Shown here one piece after another: positions 23,337 through 35,351 of a DNA stretch of 64,000 nucleotides. How positions within the stretch are numbered: position 1 is the stretch's first letter; each line of letters begins with the position of its first letter. The notes under the pieces are model-generated. The model was not told where the DNA came from, ran no database searches, and worked only from the letters and a program-made list of their open reading frames with translations. A program made the translations under genes and the position numbers. Origin of the DNA: Oopsacas minuta (taxonomy: Eukaryota > Animalia > Porifera); assembly GCA_024704765.1 (NCBI GenBank), contig JAKMXF010000001.1, forward strand, positions 29,493 through 93,492, in the 5' to 3' direction.

Positions 23337-24403
23337 CACACAAATACTTACTTGCTAATTTGATTAATAAATAATGTAAGGTCAAGGGTTGGTGGGCAAA
23401 TTAACTTAGCTTTACACAGTTACACCATGTTACATCACCAGATTTTACCATACGTATACGTATTTGCAATTTGCATTAATTAATGGAAGTGTGACAATAG
23501 TCACAAAACCATGCGATACACTCGAAATGGTCAGAGTCGAGTTTATTTACTAACAGAGTTTAGTATGCACTATCAGTACATCCAGTATCCATGCTTGCAT
23601 ATACTGGATGGCATATTATGAAATCATTCTAGTACAGATTTACCTTGGATTGATGTAAGAAATGCCCAAGGACATGTACTCGAATTATAATACCTCATAA
23701 TTTGACATAATTGATAATATAATTAGTAATTACCAATAAATTTCATTTTGTAGCAAAATGGTAGAGTCTAATAGCAGTAGTGTAGATATCCCAGTTCCTG
23801 ACACTACAGTACTCATGTGTAGGAGACTACTGGGAGGAGACTGGTACTCACTACCTCTAGCACCAATCCATATAGAATCCATTACAGAAGGACAAACTAA
23901 TAAACTGTATATTCTAAAACTGAAACATACACCCTCTACCAGTGCTACTACTCCTGATACTGTCATTCTGAGACTATTCTCTGACATCTGGTCACAAGAA
24001 GAGATAATCACTCAGAATATTGTCTACGCTATCCTCTCTGAGAGAGGACTAGCTCCTAAGCTGTACGGAGTCCTGTCTCACTCACAAGGAAGACTAGAAC
24101 ATTTCTATCAGTGTAGAACTCTAACTAATCTAGAGTTGTATCAAGAGAATGTTCTCACACACACTACCAGAATTATAGCAGAGATGCATCTACAGGATAT
24201 GCCAGTACCTAAGGATGCAAGCTTCGTGTTCAAATGTATGAGAAGATGGTTGAAGAAGACTGAGGAAGTTTGTCTATCTGATTCCAAGAGACAGAGTATG
24301 TTGAATGGAATGTTGAGTGAGAAGAAATGGGAGGAAGAGTTAGACTGGTTAGAACAACATCTTAAACAACTCAACTATCCTATAGTGTTCTGTCATAATG
24401 ATT
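22703..24403. repeat. 623-bp inverted repeat (22703-23325 / 23781-24403) with a 455-bp spacer
   Basis: Identical translation from VDIPVP to CHND. Boundaries give equal lengths; spot-checked nucleotide blocks match exactly. Confidence 0.92.
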
Positions 24404-24843
24404 TATACTCACAGAATATAATCAGACTACTAGACAAAGATGAGTTCAATATTCGTGTTATTGACTTTGATATGGCTTCATACAATTATAGAGGTTATGA
24501 ATTTGCACAGCTGTTCCATGACTTATTATTTGACTATTCGTGTACGGCGCATCCTGGCTTCAAGTACTTACCAGATCAGTACCCTTCTCTAGAGCAGAGA
24601 CAGAATATAGTCAGACTGTATTTACAGAGATTATATGACAGGGATACTACCAAGGAGGAAGTAGATCAGCTGGTGAATGAAATACAGCAGACAAGACTGT
24701 ATTCTTGTCTGTTCGTGTTTTTATGGGGCTTGAGAGCCTCAGTGGTTTATAACTATCCTTTCGATTCTTTATACTTTGCTAAGGTATATCTTTCAATGTA
24801 CAATACTGAGAAAGAAAGATTATCTAAACAAAAATTTGAATAA
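23758..24843 (+). CDS. Choline/ethanolamine kinase (copy 3)
   Basis: CHNDLYSQN and VIDFDMASYNYRGYEFAQLF motifs. Confidence 0.9.
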   Translation: MVESNSSSVDIPVPDTTVLMCRRLLGGDWYSLPLAPIHIESITEGQTNKLYILKLKHTPSTSATTPDTVILRLFSDIWSQEEIITQNIVYAILSERGLAPKLYGVLSHSQGRLEHFYQCRTLTNLELYQENVLTHTTRIIAEMHLQDMPVPKDASFVFKCMRRWLKKTEEVCLSDSKRQSMLNGMLSEKKWEEELDWLEQHLKQLNYPIVFCHNDLYSQNIIRLLDKDEFNIRVIDFDMASYNYRGYEFAQLFHDLLFDYSCTAHPGFKYLPDQYPSLEQRQNIVRLYLQRLYDRDTTKEEVDQLVNEIQQTRLYSCLFVFLWGLRASVVYNYPFDSLYFAKVYLSMYNTEKERLSKQKFE

Positions 24844-25015
24844 CTACGCGTAGATATTAAAGCTTGAATCCTTGAGTTATTTATTACATATTATATCAAG
24901 TTAGTGTGAAAATTGAATTGAATAGTCAGTGGTTTCTGAATTAACGAAAGTCCACTGCATATTCAATACAATTTCTATATATCTCTACGATCCTAGTGTA
25001 TATATCAAAATTGTA

Positions 25016-26452
25016 CTAATTAGCTAACTTTACGCAACACCATAACTCAGAGTTATCTAGGGGAATATGTATTGTACCATCTCCTCTGTATTGTACAGCC
25101 TTGAGGGTGAGATCTTTTGAATGATTAAACTTGAAAGGATAATTTTGAAAATTAATCACATGTTTGTAGTACCATTTATCCAGGATATGGTGTAGTGATA
25201 CAGGAATATCATTCTTCAATTCACTCATGTGATCATTAGTAAGGATGTACCCCCGCTGTTTCATGCTCAGAGCTCCGTAAACTGCGAATAGATCGTCTCT
25301 TGAATCATAACTAGTTGTGAATAAGCTATTTTGTTTTTCAAGTAATTTCCAGTTTGTAATATTAGAAGGAGTTCTCAGGACCACGCGACGGACAACAATA
25401 AAAGCATTCGAGATGGAAAAGACGTTTTTAACTTCTGCAATTCTATCCTTTAAGACTTCTATTCTAAAGCCTTTTTGGTTAATATAAGATACATTCATAC
25501 CATCAACGAACAAAACTTTATTTTTAGTGTTGGCTACTGAATTAGAAAAAGTATAGAAAATATCCTGAAATGCTGAGAGCTCTGCCTTCATCTGTTCTGT
25601 ACGTTGATAGTTTATATATTGATTAGTGAATATGCGATTTACTTCTGAAAATAATATTTTGTACTCTTCATCTGTTACTTCTAGATCACGAAGCTTTGTT
25701 TCACAGTTAGAACAAAATCCTCTTTCTAAACGTACGTCACTATTAATGGATGGATTCAGTTTAGAAAATGTGGCAATCAGCTGATTGAATACTTCACTGG
25801 CAATTACAGCTAGTTTATGGTTGTGATAATGTAATAAAACTTTTTTGAATGTTCCTAATAACACAGAATTATTTGGATCCTTCTCAACAGCTATACTGAG
25901 AGCATTCAATAAGTAATCTATCTGTTTACAGTTCAAACTAAGGAAGCTACTTACTAGGTTATCTACTGCTTGATAGTCTTTTGTTTGTGACAGTAAATAA
26001 TCCATTGCTGAGGTAAATGCAAACTTTCTCAAAGGAAGTTGTTTAGAGAATATTCTATCTAACATCTCTAGCAAGAGGTCTGTCTGTTGATTAGTTATCG
26101 CATTAGATATCAGTGAGGATAGTAGAGCAGGTTCTGGTTGTATCGATAGCTCCTCGAGATAACTACACAGTTCATTGAAAGAGATTGGATTGCCTGTTTC
26201 AACAGATAAGTCTACACCAATCTTCAAGACTTGAGGTGAAAATTTACTCTTTTGTTCTTTCAAATTGGTGAAAAGTTGAAACGCATTATTGTAGTCTTTT
26301 GATTTAGCCAATCTATACAATTCTTTTTCTTCTGTAGAAGAGAATGTTTTCAATTTTGGAATTCTTAAACGATATTCAGTGTCATGAAATGAATTATTTG
26401 AGAACGATCTCACATTTATGCCTGGAATAATTCTCCGATAGAAACAAAACAT
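25016..26452 (-). CDS. PRORP: Mitochondrial protein-only RNase P catalytic subunit (MRPP3)
   Basis: Mitochondrial-type presequence, PPR-like helices, Zn site GFCSNC plus C-terminal WCC, NYN motifs VDGMN, SRDDLF, LTNDHM. Confidence 0.85.
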   Translation of the reverse strand: MFCFYRRIIPGINVRSFSNNSFHDTEYRLRIPKLKTFSSTEEKELYRLAKSKDYNNAFQLFTNLKEQKSKFSPQVLKIGVDLSVETGNPISFNELCSYLEELSIQPEPALLSSLISNAITNQQTDLLLEMLDRIFSKQLPLRKFAFTSAMDYLLSQTKDYQAVDNLVSSFLSLNCKQIDYLLNALSIAVEKDPNNSVLLGTFKKVLLHYHNHKLAVIASEVFNQLIATFSKLNPSINSDVRLERGFCSNCETKLRDLEVTDEEYKILFSEVNRIFTNQYINYQRTEQMKAELSAFQDIFYTFSNSVANTKNKVLFVDGMNVSYINQKGFRIEVLKDRIAEVKNVFSISNAFIVVRRVVLRTPSNITNWKLLEKQNSLFTTSYDSRDDLFAVYGALSMKQRGYILTNDHMSELKNDIPVSLHHILDKWYYKHVINFQNYPFKFNHSKDLTLKAVQYRGDGTIHIPLDNSELWCCVKLAN

Positions 26453-27187
26453 TCAAGCAATCGAGAGATTATATAGCTATTCACAAGAGTAAAATAATGA
26501 TAATGCTTATATGTATATACGTGTATTAACATTTTGCATGAAAATTCAAAATCATGCAGCATATATTGCAAGAAAATACTCAAATAGAATATGTCATTAT
26601 TTTGATGCAAACTCTCAGCATATATGGCGTAACAAGCAAAGTATCTAGAGTCAGAACTAAGTAATCCGAGAAAAACCGAAAATTGTGACTATCTTCAGTC
26701 ACTATTATTGGAAATTTTGCTAACGCCCCATAGCAATATAGCCCACCATAGTACTTTGCATACAATATGCAAATTCGTTGCATCGTGTATGGTAAGAGTT
26801 GCATACAACAACGTTACAGGAAACTTGTTGCATGTAATTATATTTTTCATGAAACATTATTGCATTGTGTATGTTGCCTTGTAGCATAAACAGTTGAACA
26901 CAATTACATATAACGGTAGCATTGTTGTGGGCTTTAGATGCTTCTTTTTATCGACTCTTAATAACAAAAAATTGATTTGATATAAAACTCTGTTGATCAA
27001 AACCCTCGCCCTCCTACCTCCAATGAGAATACGAAATTAATTAATAATATTTATTGAAAATATCAATCAAACAGTGAATCGTGTCCAACTTGAAGAGGGA
27101 ATATACTTGTAATTAGAAATTAAATAAGAAAAGTTATAAAAGTTACCTAAAAACACAAAAAATGTATTAACAATATACAATAGAATA

Positions 27188-30100
27188 TCAGTGTAGTGGA
27201 GATCCACTAATAGCTGAGAAGATTAGATGAGAATGGAAGGAGGATCGGTCTCCCATGAATGAGTGATCGTGTTTGCCGGTATAGAACTCATTACCGTCCT
27301 TTCGTCTGCTTCCAACAGCTGAGAAGTGTAGTATCGGCTCCAGGGTATCCACCAGCTCCTGGTAGTTACCAGAGAGCTGCTCTTGATAATCTAGTCGTGT
27401 CTCTCCCAGAGTAAGACTGACTAATTCAAGAGCATGGAAAGAAGATTGAATGAAATATTTGAACGCATTTTTAAGGGATTCTACATGATTGACTGCTTGC
27501 TTCCTAACCTTATCAGCTGACAAGAATACTCTATAATACTCAAGAGGCCCTTCATTAACTGTAGTACCTACACATCCTTGTAGAGTTAATTCTAACAGGT
27601 TTAAATCTGGAGGATCACATCTGATCATTTTATCTAAATCAGATGTTTTATTCTTCAGTGCTGATATAGCTACTTCAATAGGAGTCTGTTCTATCGTCTC
27701 AGAGTCTATTACTTCTATTCTACGTTTAATATAAGGGAATACGTTACGAGTACGTAGTATAGTGATTAACATGTATTGAGAGTCTGCAGAGCCGTGAGGA
27801 CGACCTGATTTAGTGAAGGGAGTTTGAAAGAAAAAGTGAGAAAGATTATTTTCTCTTTCGAATTTAGTTAGTCTCTCTTCTTTATTTTCTCTTAGGAAAT
27901 AAGGCTCTACATGTGTTATCTGTATGTAGTTCTTGTTAGGAACTACAGATTTAGGTCCCATAGAGTTGGAGTCTTTGAATATGATTAGATCTCCTAGCTT
28001 AGTAGTGAACTTATCTGTCATTTTATCTACGAATTCTGCTAGTGCTGTAATCCCTGGTTCTCTGTATATAAACTGTTTTTCATGATTACCTTCGAATCCT
28101 TTTCCATAGAACTTACATCTAAAGTATGTACCGAGGAAACGTTTACCGGTTTTCATCACCTGTTTTGTCTTCACCGTAGATTCGTGCATTTTGCGAAATA
28201 ACCTCTCCATCCCTTCGAAATCGCGGTTTTTCTCTAACAAAGGTAGAATAAGCTTGAATACAGGTAGCATTAGTTCAAACAGTTCTGACTCGTATAAAAA
28301 CCGCAGACATTTCTCCAGCATCATGATGAGATCTTTTTCTGAGTAAGATTGATTCCCGCGTAATTCCTGATCAATCTTCATACGGCCTTCATCTTTAGGG
28401 ATATTATGTGAAATGTTCTCAAAGTCACTGCTATGCAATTTGCCAATCGCGAAATTGTATAAATACTGTGCTACAATAGCCGCGATATGAAGATAGCACT
28501 GAGCTGCCTCTGCTTGGAACCCCTCCTTAAGATGCATACTAGCTAGATTATCTAACCAGGTTATCCTCAGTTCAGGGGTGTTAGAATATGAGGCTGCTAA
28601 CCTCCAGTGTACTTCCACCAGCTCATCATAATCATGCTGTACATTCCTCATCTCATTCTGACTACTCAGTATATCATTCAGTCTCCTCATAAGGTCCTGA
28701 ACTTCATCCTGGAATTGGATGTACTTCTTAACAGATGTTTCTGAGCTGGAGAAGGTTGTTATGGATTTGAGTGACCTCTTCAGGAATGTGTCTGATTGTC
28801 CTATTAGCCCTGCAGCAGATAGCTTAGATATTGAGATGGTGGAGTACAGCTGAGTACGTACAAAGTTTTCACCGGAATACTCCAAATTACTTCTGAGAAG
28901 GAAGTACAACAGAGTACAAGCTTCATTCCTGACTAAAGCTAGTCTAGAGTTACAGTGAGCTAAGCATTTGAATATGATAAACTCACAGAACTCATTCTGA
29001 CCTTTGAATAAGAGAGATGGGAAGTTGTACACAAATGAGAACAGGTACGCATACCAATGTACCCATATTGCATCTGAGTGCTGTAAACTGAAGAAGGTTA
29101 CGATAACTTTAAAATAACTCTTCATCATAGGAGAATTACTCTCTAGGTAGTTATGATAACGAGAGGAGAATACGTCTAACACTCCTATCAATATGAGTGA
29201 CACTTCGTGGGACACTTCTGAGCGGGCTTTGGCAAGTTTCTGCACCCTCATGGCATGACTATCCTCAGAAGTAGTACTCCCATCCTCTGAGACTGTAGTG
29301 ATGACTGTGTTGGTCTTTCCTTTATCACGTCCTCCCCGAGTAACTAGAGGTAAGGTTTCGTTATAAATCGCCTTCTTCCCGAAGTAAGAGAATGTGTATA
29401 GACACTCAATGAGAAGATCAAAGAATGATAGAAGGGCACAGAAATCAGATGGTAGCTGTTCATCATCATCCCAGGTCTGTGCTGGGAGAGAATTAAGAGT
29501 AGAGAAGTATTCGTCCCACCACTTAGCTAGCTGTACAGAATCTGAATTTTTGAGAAGGTTCAGGAAACACGCTAGTAACAGCTGTTTCTCCTCCAGACTG
29601 AAATCCGCCTGTCCTAATCCTAACTCCATATCAGTAGAATTATTCTGTCTACCTAGCTCAGAGCTATCCTCATCATGTAGTGTCATGTAGCTACTGCTTT
29701 GATTGATACTGCTGATCTTCTTTCTCATCTGTATACTACTCTCAGACTCCCTCTTCCCATCTATCACTGACTGAGAGCTAGAGGACATAGGTCTCTCGTT
29801 AATCTCAGTCAGACGCATATCACTACGAGAGCTCTGAGTACCGTAGGTATTCCTGCTTGAATCAGAGCGTAGTGTAGTCGGAGGGCCCCGAGGAGAGCTG
29901 AAGGATAGCTTCTTGCCTTTAAGGTTACGACTAGCAGGAATCATACCAGAGGATTCTGTACTGATTGACTTGTTAAACTCAATCTGTGGGGATTGATATC
30001 CATGTGTATCGTAACCGGATATAACACGGGGAGCAAACTGTAACATCATGGACAGGAAGGGGAGATAGAGAGAGGTGACCCTTGACCTCTTGAAGTGGTC

Positions 30101-33100
30101 ATTACAGTATCGAGGATCTGTATCATGTTTAGCTAACAGATCTTTAAGCATGTGTATAGCTACTATCCTAATATCATTCTTCTCGTACTTTAGAGTTATG
30201 TAGAATTCTCTTAGCAAAATACCCACCAAATAATGGTTCTGACAGAACTCATCACCTAGCTTGAGACTATCTCCAGTTGTATCATCACCTATAGGTAGAT
30301 TTAGCTGTATATAGTGCTCGTGACTAAACACTATCTGAAGGAAATTAAACTTCAGTTTAGTGAGGTGTACTGCTTCTCCTGGTGAGGAAGGTTGCGATAC
30401 ATATTTATAAACCAACGTGAATACATCTCCTCTGTCCATGTAGGAGAATGCATCACGTACAAACACTGCTATACTCTGGTTAGCTATGTACGCTATTGAT
30501 TTGTCTATCTTACTGCGAATAAGAGCGATTAGAGAAGAAAGTAAGCTGTTGAGATGAGTGTAGAAACCTTGACCAAATCTACCCTTCCTATTACTTCTGA
30601 GAGATTTCTTATTGAATATATGATAGCCAATAGACTGAGACACACAACCCAGGAGGAACCATAAGTACTTTAACAGATTAGTACAATCAATTCCCTCCTG
30701 TTGTGTAAAGTACAGCATATAACGTATTAACTCTGTGTATATTTCCTTAGGATACTCCTGATAAGCTTCTGATCTGAATTGATATTTAACGTATGTAGCC
30801 AGATGGTGTAGAGAGCCGTGTTTGTCCAGTGTATGTGCGTAATCAACAAGTAGTGCTAATATCTTAATTCCTGTATCATTATTATTCAGTGTCTGTAGTG
30901 TAAATAGTTTTAACAGCTGATTGAGTATGACAGGAAGATGAGAGATAAGACTATCTAATGTTATAAAATGTAAATCTTGTAGTCTCTGTTGTATTTCTAA
31001 CTCATCAACTCCTCCATTCAATCTCTGTATCTTCTCTAGGAATACAAAGAAACTATGTACACATAGATCTTGTGGGGATATGGAGCTGATAGGTCGTATT
31101 AATACCCGGAAGAGATGTTTCCGGTTATCAATCCATTTAATGTCTCCACTCCTCCCGTCAAGTCCGTGACTGAGATAGTTAGGAGGTAGACTGGAGGAGA
31201 TAGCGAGGGAGAATATGTCTCTATTCAGCAGAGTATCGTTATGAGGTTTAAGTACAGGTAGCCATGAGTATCCTATCACTACTTCAGGAGATGTCTTCTT
31301 AGGAAGTTTCTGTATATTACAGCTGATATGTGAATAAGTAAATAAGAGGTGATGCTTAGAGTCTAGATGTATAGGTAAGTATATCTTAACCTCTTCTGCG
31401 AAATCCGGGTTAGTGTAGTGATATATGACAGATGTCAGTGCTTTGTCTACGAAGATATTGCCAGGAGGTTTCCCGAATATATTGGGGAGGGGTCTAGCGT
31501 TCTTCTCGTCCGAGTCAAAGAATTGTATTTTTACACACAAGTTCTTGAACTTATTACCGAGCTTAACTCCCTCTAGCTTGAGACTCTGTGGATATACGTA
31601 TAGGATATGGAAGAACTCTTGAAAGGGCTGTAACTTGGTTGGGGAGGGTAGGATGTCTGAGTGTGTGGGGAACTCTTGGACCTCTCGGATAAATGGTGCT
31701 TGGTTATATGTCGGCATCATGGGGATTAGGGGAACAAGACCTGTTGTAAATATACCAGGCTCTTCTGGAGTGAGGGGGGAGAGAGTAATTGAGAGAGAAC
31801 CAGGAATCACTTGGATTCTCAGACGCGGGATGTTCCTGAAGTCCTTGAGAAGTTTAATAATCTCCTCCTCACTAATTCTCTCTTTCTCCTGCTTGAAGAT
31901 GAGAGGGAAATGTCCGTCAGTGTCCAAATCTCCATTCTGTAGAAATACTGGCTTAGCTGACCAAGCGAAAGGCTGTTTATAGTTACCAAGCCTTGGAAAT
32001 ACAGTTTTCATCTGGTCTGCAAGCTTCAGAATATTCTTTCTACCTTCTCCTCGTTGATAAGGCTCGACACATGAGTTAATTGATCCTTGTAGAACCTTAT
32101 CTATCCTCACAACAAGGTAGATGTCAGGGTGTGGGTAGGAGACTGTGAAGAGGGCACGACGAGCTTCCACTGGCCAGACTTCAAACCCCGGTTTCACAGG
32201 TATTGAGGTAGATACTCCTAATAAATTGCATATTTAATAAGATTGCATTGAAAGTAAGTAACAGAGAGTACAGTGGAGTTCGTCTATTAGCAAATCATAT
32301 TTTGCATGAAATTTCCTTGCTAATATACGCACTATTTACCATACAAAATGCTATGAAAAAAGTTTCTAACAAATATACCACTCTAGTGTATTTCCTATAC
32401 TAAATTCCTCCTTGAGTCAAAATAAATAAATACATAATTGAATCATTCGCTGTGGGAATAGCAGACCAACAGAGAGAATAGGAAACTGGAAACCCGTAAC
32501 ATATAATCATATAAATCCTCCATAAAAGAGGTTGTCGGTTGATGTTATGTAGTAAGTGATCTTTATCATAAATATAATTATAGACCACCAGCTACAATTC
32601 GAGGAAATACAGTATACCTTGTATATCCATATCAAACTGCTCCAGCTCTAAAGTAGAGAGAAACAGATCGAACAGTTCCCTCTCTTCTCCGTTCAGATCA
32701 AAATGAAACTCTTCAGATATCTTCTTACCAAATCTAGCATCATATAGAGCAGCTGATGTGAAGAAGGGCTCTATGTGAGTACGAGAAGTAGCAGAGCTAA
32801 TGCGTAGATCAAAGTTAAGCTTCTCTGGAGTAGCTATGAATTGAAATCCTGGAGTCAAGACTAATAAAAGAAACGTAGAATTAAGTAATAGTCGGAATAT
32901 GTTATATTCCAATCCATTATTGTAAATAGTGGTTACATCATATATTAATAAATTGTTCATGTCCTCTAACTATTATAATATATATACTATGTATATGAGA
33001 TATCTACCATTCGAACAGCACTCTTGCATCTACTGTATTTTGTTTGTTTTTAGCAAATAGTAGACTAATCGGTAGATATGCAATTTCCGTTAAGGAATAT

Positions 33101-35096
33101 ATTTTCCTGAATAAGGCGCTGTGGTATACATACAACGTTAACATCAGTTGGCAGTCGGTATCTCTAACAGATTTGATATCCCCTGATGGTTCAATATAGC
33201 TGATATGCAAAAAGAAAGAAATTAATATCATCAGTTAAACACACACGTTACATACCTGGAGGAGAAGCACTCTGTACATACATCATATCATTATCATATT
33301 TGTTAACCTTCCTTCTAGCCAGGTTCTCATACAACCAGAATATCTTCTTCCTATTTATACGTCTCTGCTTAGCATTATCAGCTGATGCATCTCCTACACG
33401 CTGTAATCTCCCTGATAGGATGGTGGTTCTCTGTTGGGAATGAGCTCCTGTCATTGCTCCTCTCTTAAGAGTATCAGCTGTGTAGATAGAGAATCGAGAG
33501 CTACCTCTACTGTCCATATATATGTCAGAGGATAGTACTGATGCTATAGCATTAATCCACTCAATCATCTCTTCGTTAGAATCAGCCATAAAACAATGAG
33601 ATACCTTAAAATCAAATACGAACATAAAGCACTATGTATTATTATTAATTGAATTCAATACAAACCTTATTCCCACTGTTAATGAGTTCAAATGAGTATT
33701 CAGGACCTCTGATAGACTTCCTAACAGATATACAGGTGACTAGTGATACCACACTCTTACCACCTACCCCGGGGCCTCGTCCCGGCTTAGAACTCTCAAT
33801 AAGGAAACCAGTTCCATCCGAATTCATTTTGAGGGTGTGCCATCTCTTCTTGGAGGTTTGGATGGTCCTATTAGCTCCTATAAGTTTCCCTGTGCTGGCT
33901 ATGTTTAGCTGGAGTAGATAACCAGAGCGTGTGAGAGCACTGTCTCGATTGGGAGTCAATTCTGAATCTTTCTGAAATACAACCAAAATATAACATAGTA
34001 ATTAGATAGCATGTAAATACCAGACATTTCGTCTCCAGAAATTTATTCTAAGAATCTTAAGGGTAAACAGTTCCCTAGCAACAGAAAAGCATCCCTGACA
34101 AACTCAGGAATGTTGTATATAGGATATCTATTCCCCGTATAAACGTCCAGTGTATATACTAACCTGTTGCTGCTGTTGCTCCTCTGCTTCTACAATATCT
34201 ACCTCATATACAGGAGGTAGGTCAGGTAGAGAGGATGATCTCCTGCTCCCTCCCTTAGTAATCAGAGTATCAGTATCTGTTACAGGAGCAGGACCACTCC
34301 CCTCTGCTTCCTGAGCCTGTCCTGCCTCTAGAGCCATGAACTGGGGAGAAGTTCCGCAGAAATATTCTTCTGTTCTTCTCAATACATTCCAGTTCTGTGA
34401 GAATAGCTGTAGACACTCTTTAGCGAATAGTCCTGTTGCTTCAAACATCGCATGTTCTATGAGAAATATACTTTATAAGACAAAATTTACACAAACTCAC
34501 GTATTTTACGGAACTTAGGATATGACATTTAATTATTTCCTTCATATGTATTTACATGAGAATTACCTCAATTATCTGCCAGTGTAATTGATAAACAATA
34601 ATAGGTACCAATTGTCTGAATATCAAACGAGTGTACTGTATTTTGGTTAAGTATTGATGGCAGCCTCATAATTATTAGACATAGATTTGATAAAGCTTTT
34701 CGCGATTAGTGACGAACCAGATATATAAGCGATACCTGCCACAATCTTTGTAAATATATCATTATGGCACAATGATATGATATTTACTACAACAGTATAT
34801 GTATAATACACACCAGGAACAGTGCTATACTCAGTTCTGAGGTCACGTAGCTCTTCCTTCAGGAACAGATCATCTTCTGGGAATAACAACATAGTTCTAC
34901 ACAAATCTAATTCTATCTGTTCGCTCTTCTCTTGTAAGCTAGACTCATAGTCAGAGGGCGGCACGTGACCCCGAGATATCGGCTCCAGACACATACTCCG
35001 TCTACGTACAGCTAGAGAAACACTCTCTCGCATCTTCGCTGCTGGGTGTGGATTCAGATGCTGTATGAAACGACGTGTCTTCTGATAGTCAGACAT
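27188..35096 (-). CDS. DOCK-D/zizimin Cdc42 GEF (DOCK9/10/11 family), multi-exon
   Basis: Exons 35096-34814, 34456-34164, 33971-33666, 33604 to ~33256 (3' end ambiguous), 32860-32628 and 32217-27188. N-terminal DOCK9-type motif (LLFPEDD), PH domain (W-INAI), DHR-1/C2 (PDFAEEVKIYLP) and DHR-2 (LQGCVGTTVNEGPLEY). Confidence 0.93.
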
Positions 35097-35326
35097 GTGC
35101 TATATTCAAAATATAGTGTATACGTTAATTCACAAATTGAATAATTGCTCAAATACGGTAATCTTCTCTGTAAATACTAGTTTATATCTGAGAATATTTG
35201 AAATATTGTCAATTAATTTCTATATTTATACGTAAAAGTATAATGATAGCATGATAGCAACATGTATAAAATGATCAGAATACAGAGTTCGATAACAAAT
35301 GATCCAAAAACTATTAGAAACTAATC

Positions 35327-35348
35327 GAGAGAGAGAGAGAGAGAGAGA
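35327..35348. repeat. (GA)n microsatellite
   Basis: About 10 GA units. Confidence 0.9.
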
Positions 35349-35351
35349 CCT

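Noticed and set aside
23095-24374. Duplicated small ORFs (23095-23358, 23730-24011, 22732-22965, 24141-24374)
   Set aside because: They are antisense shadows of the duplicated choline-kinase segment.
29394-31982. Plus-strand ORFs inside DOCK
   Set aside because: Antisense to a strongly conserved CDS, with no recognisable domains.
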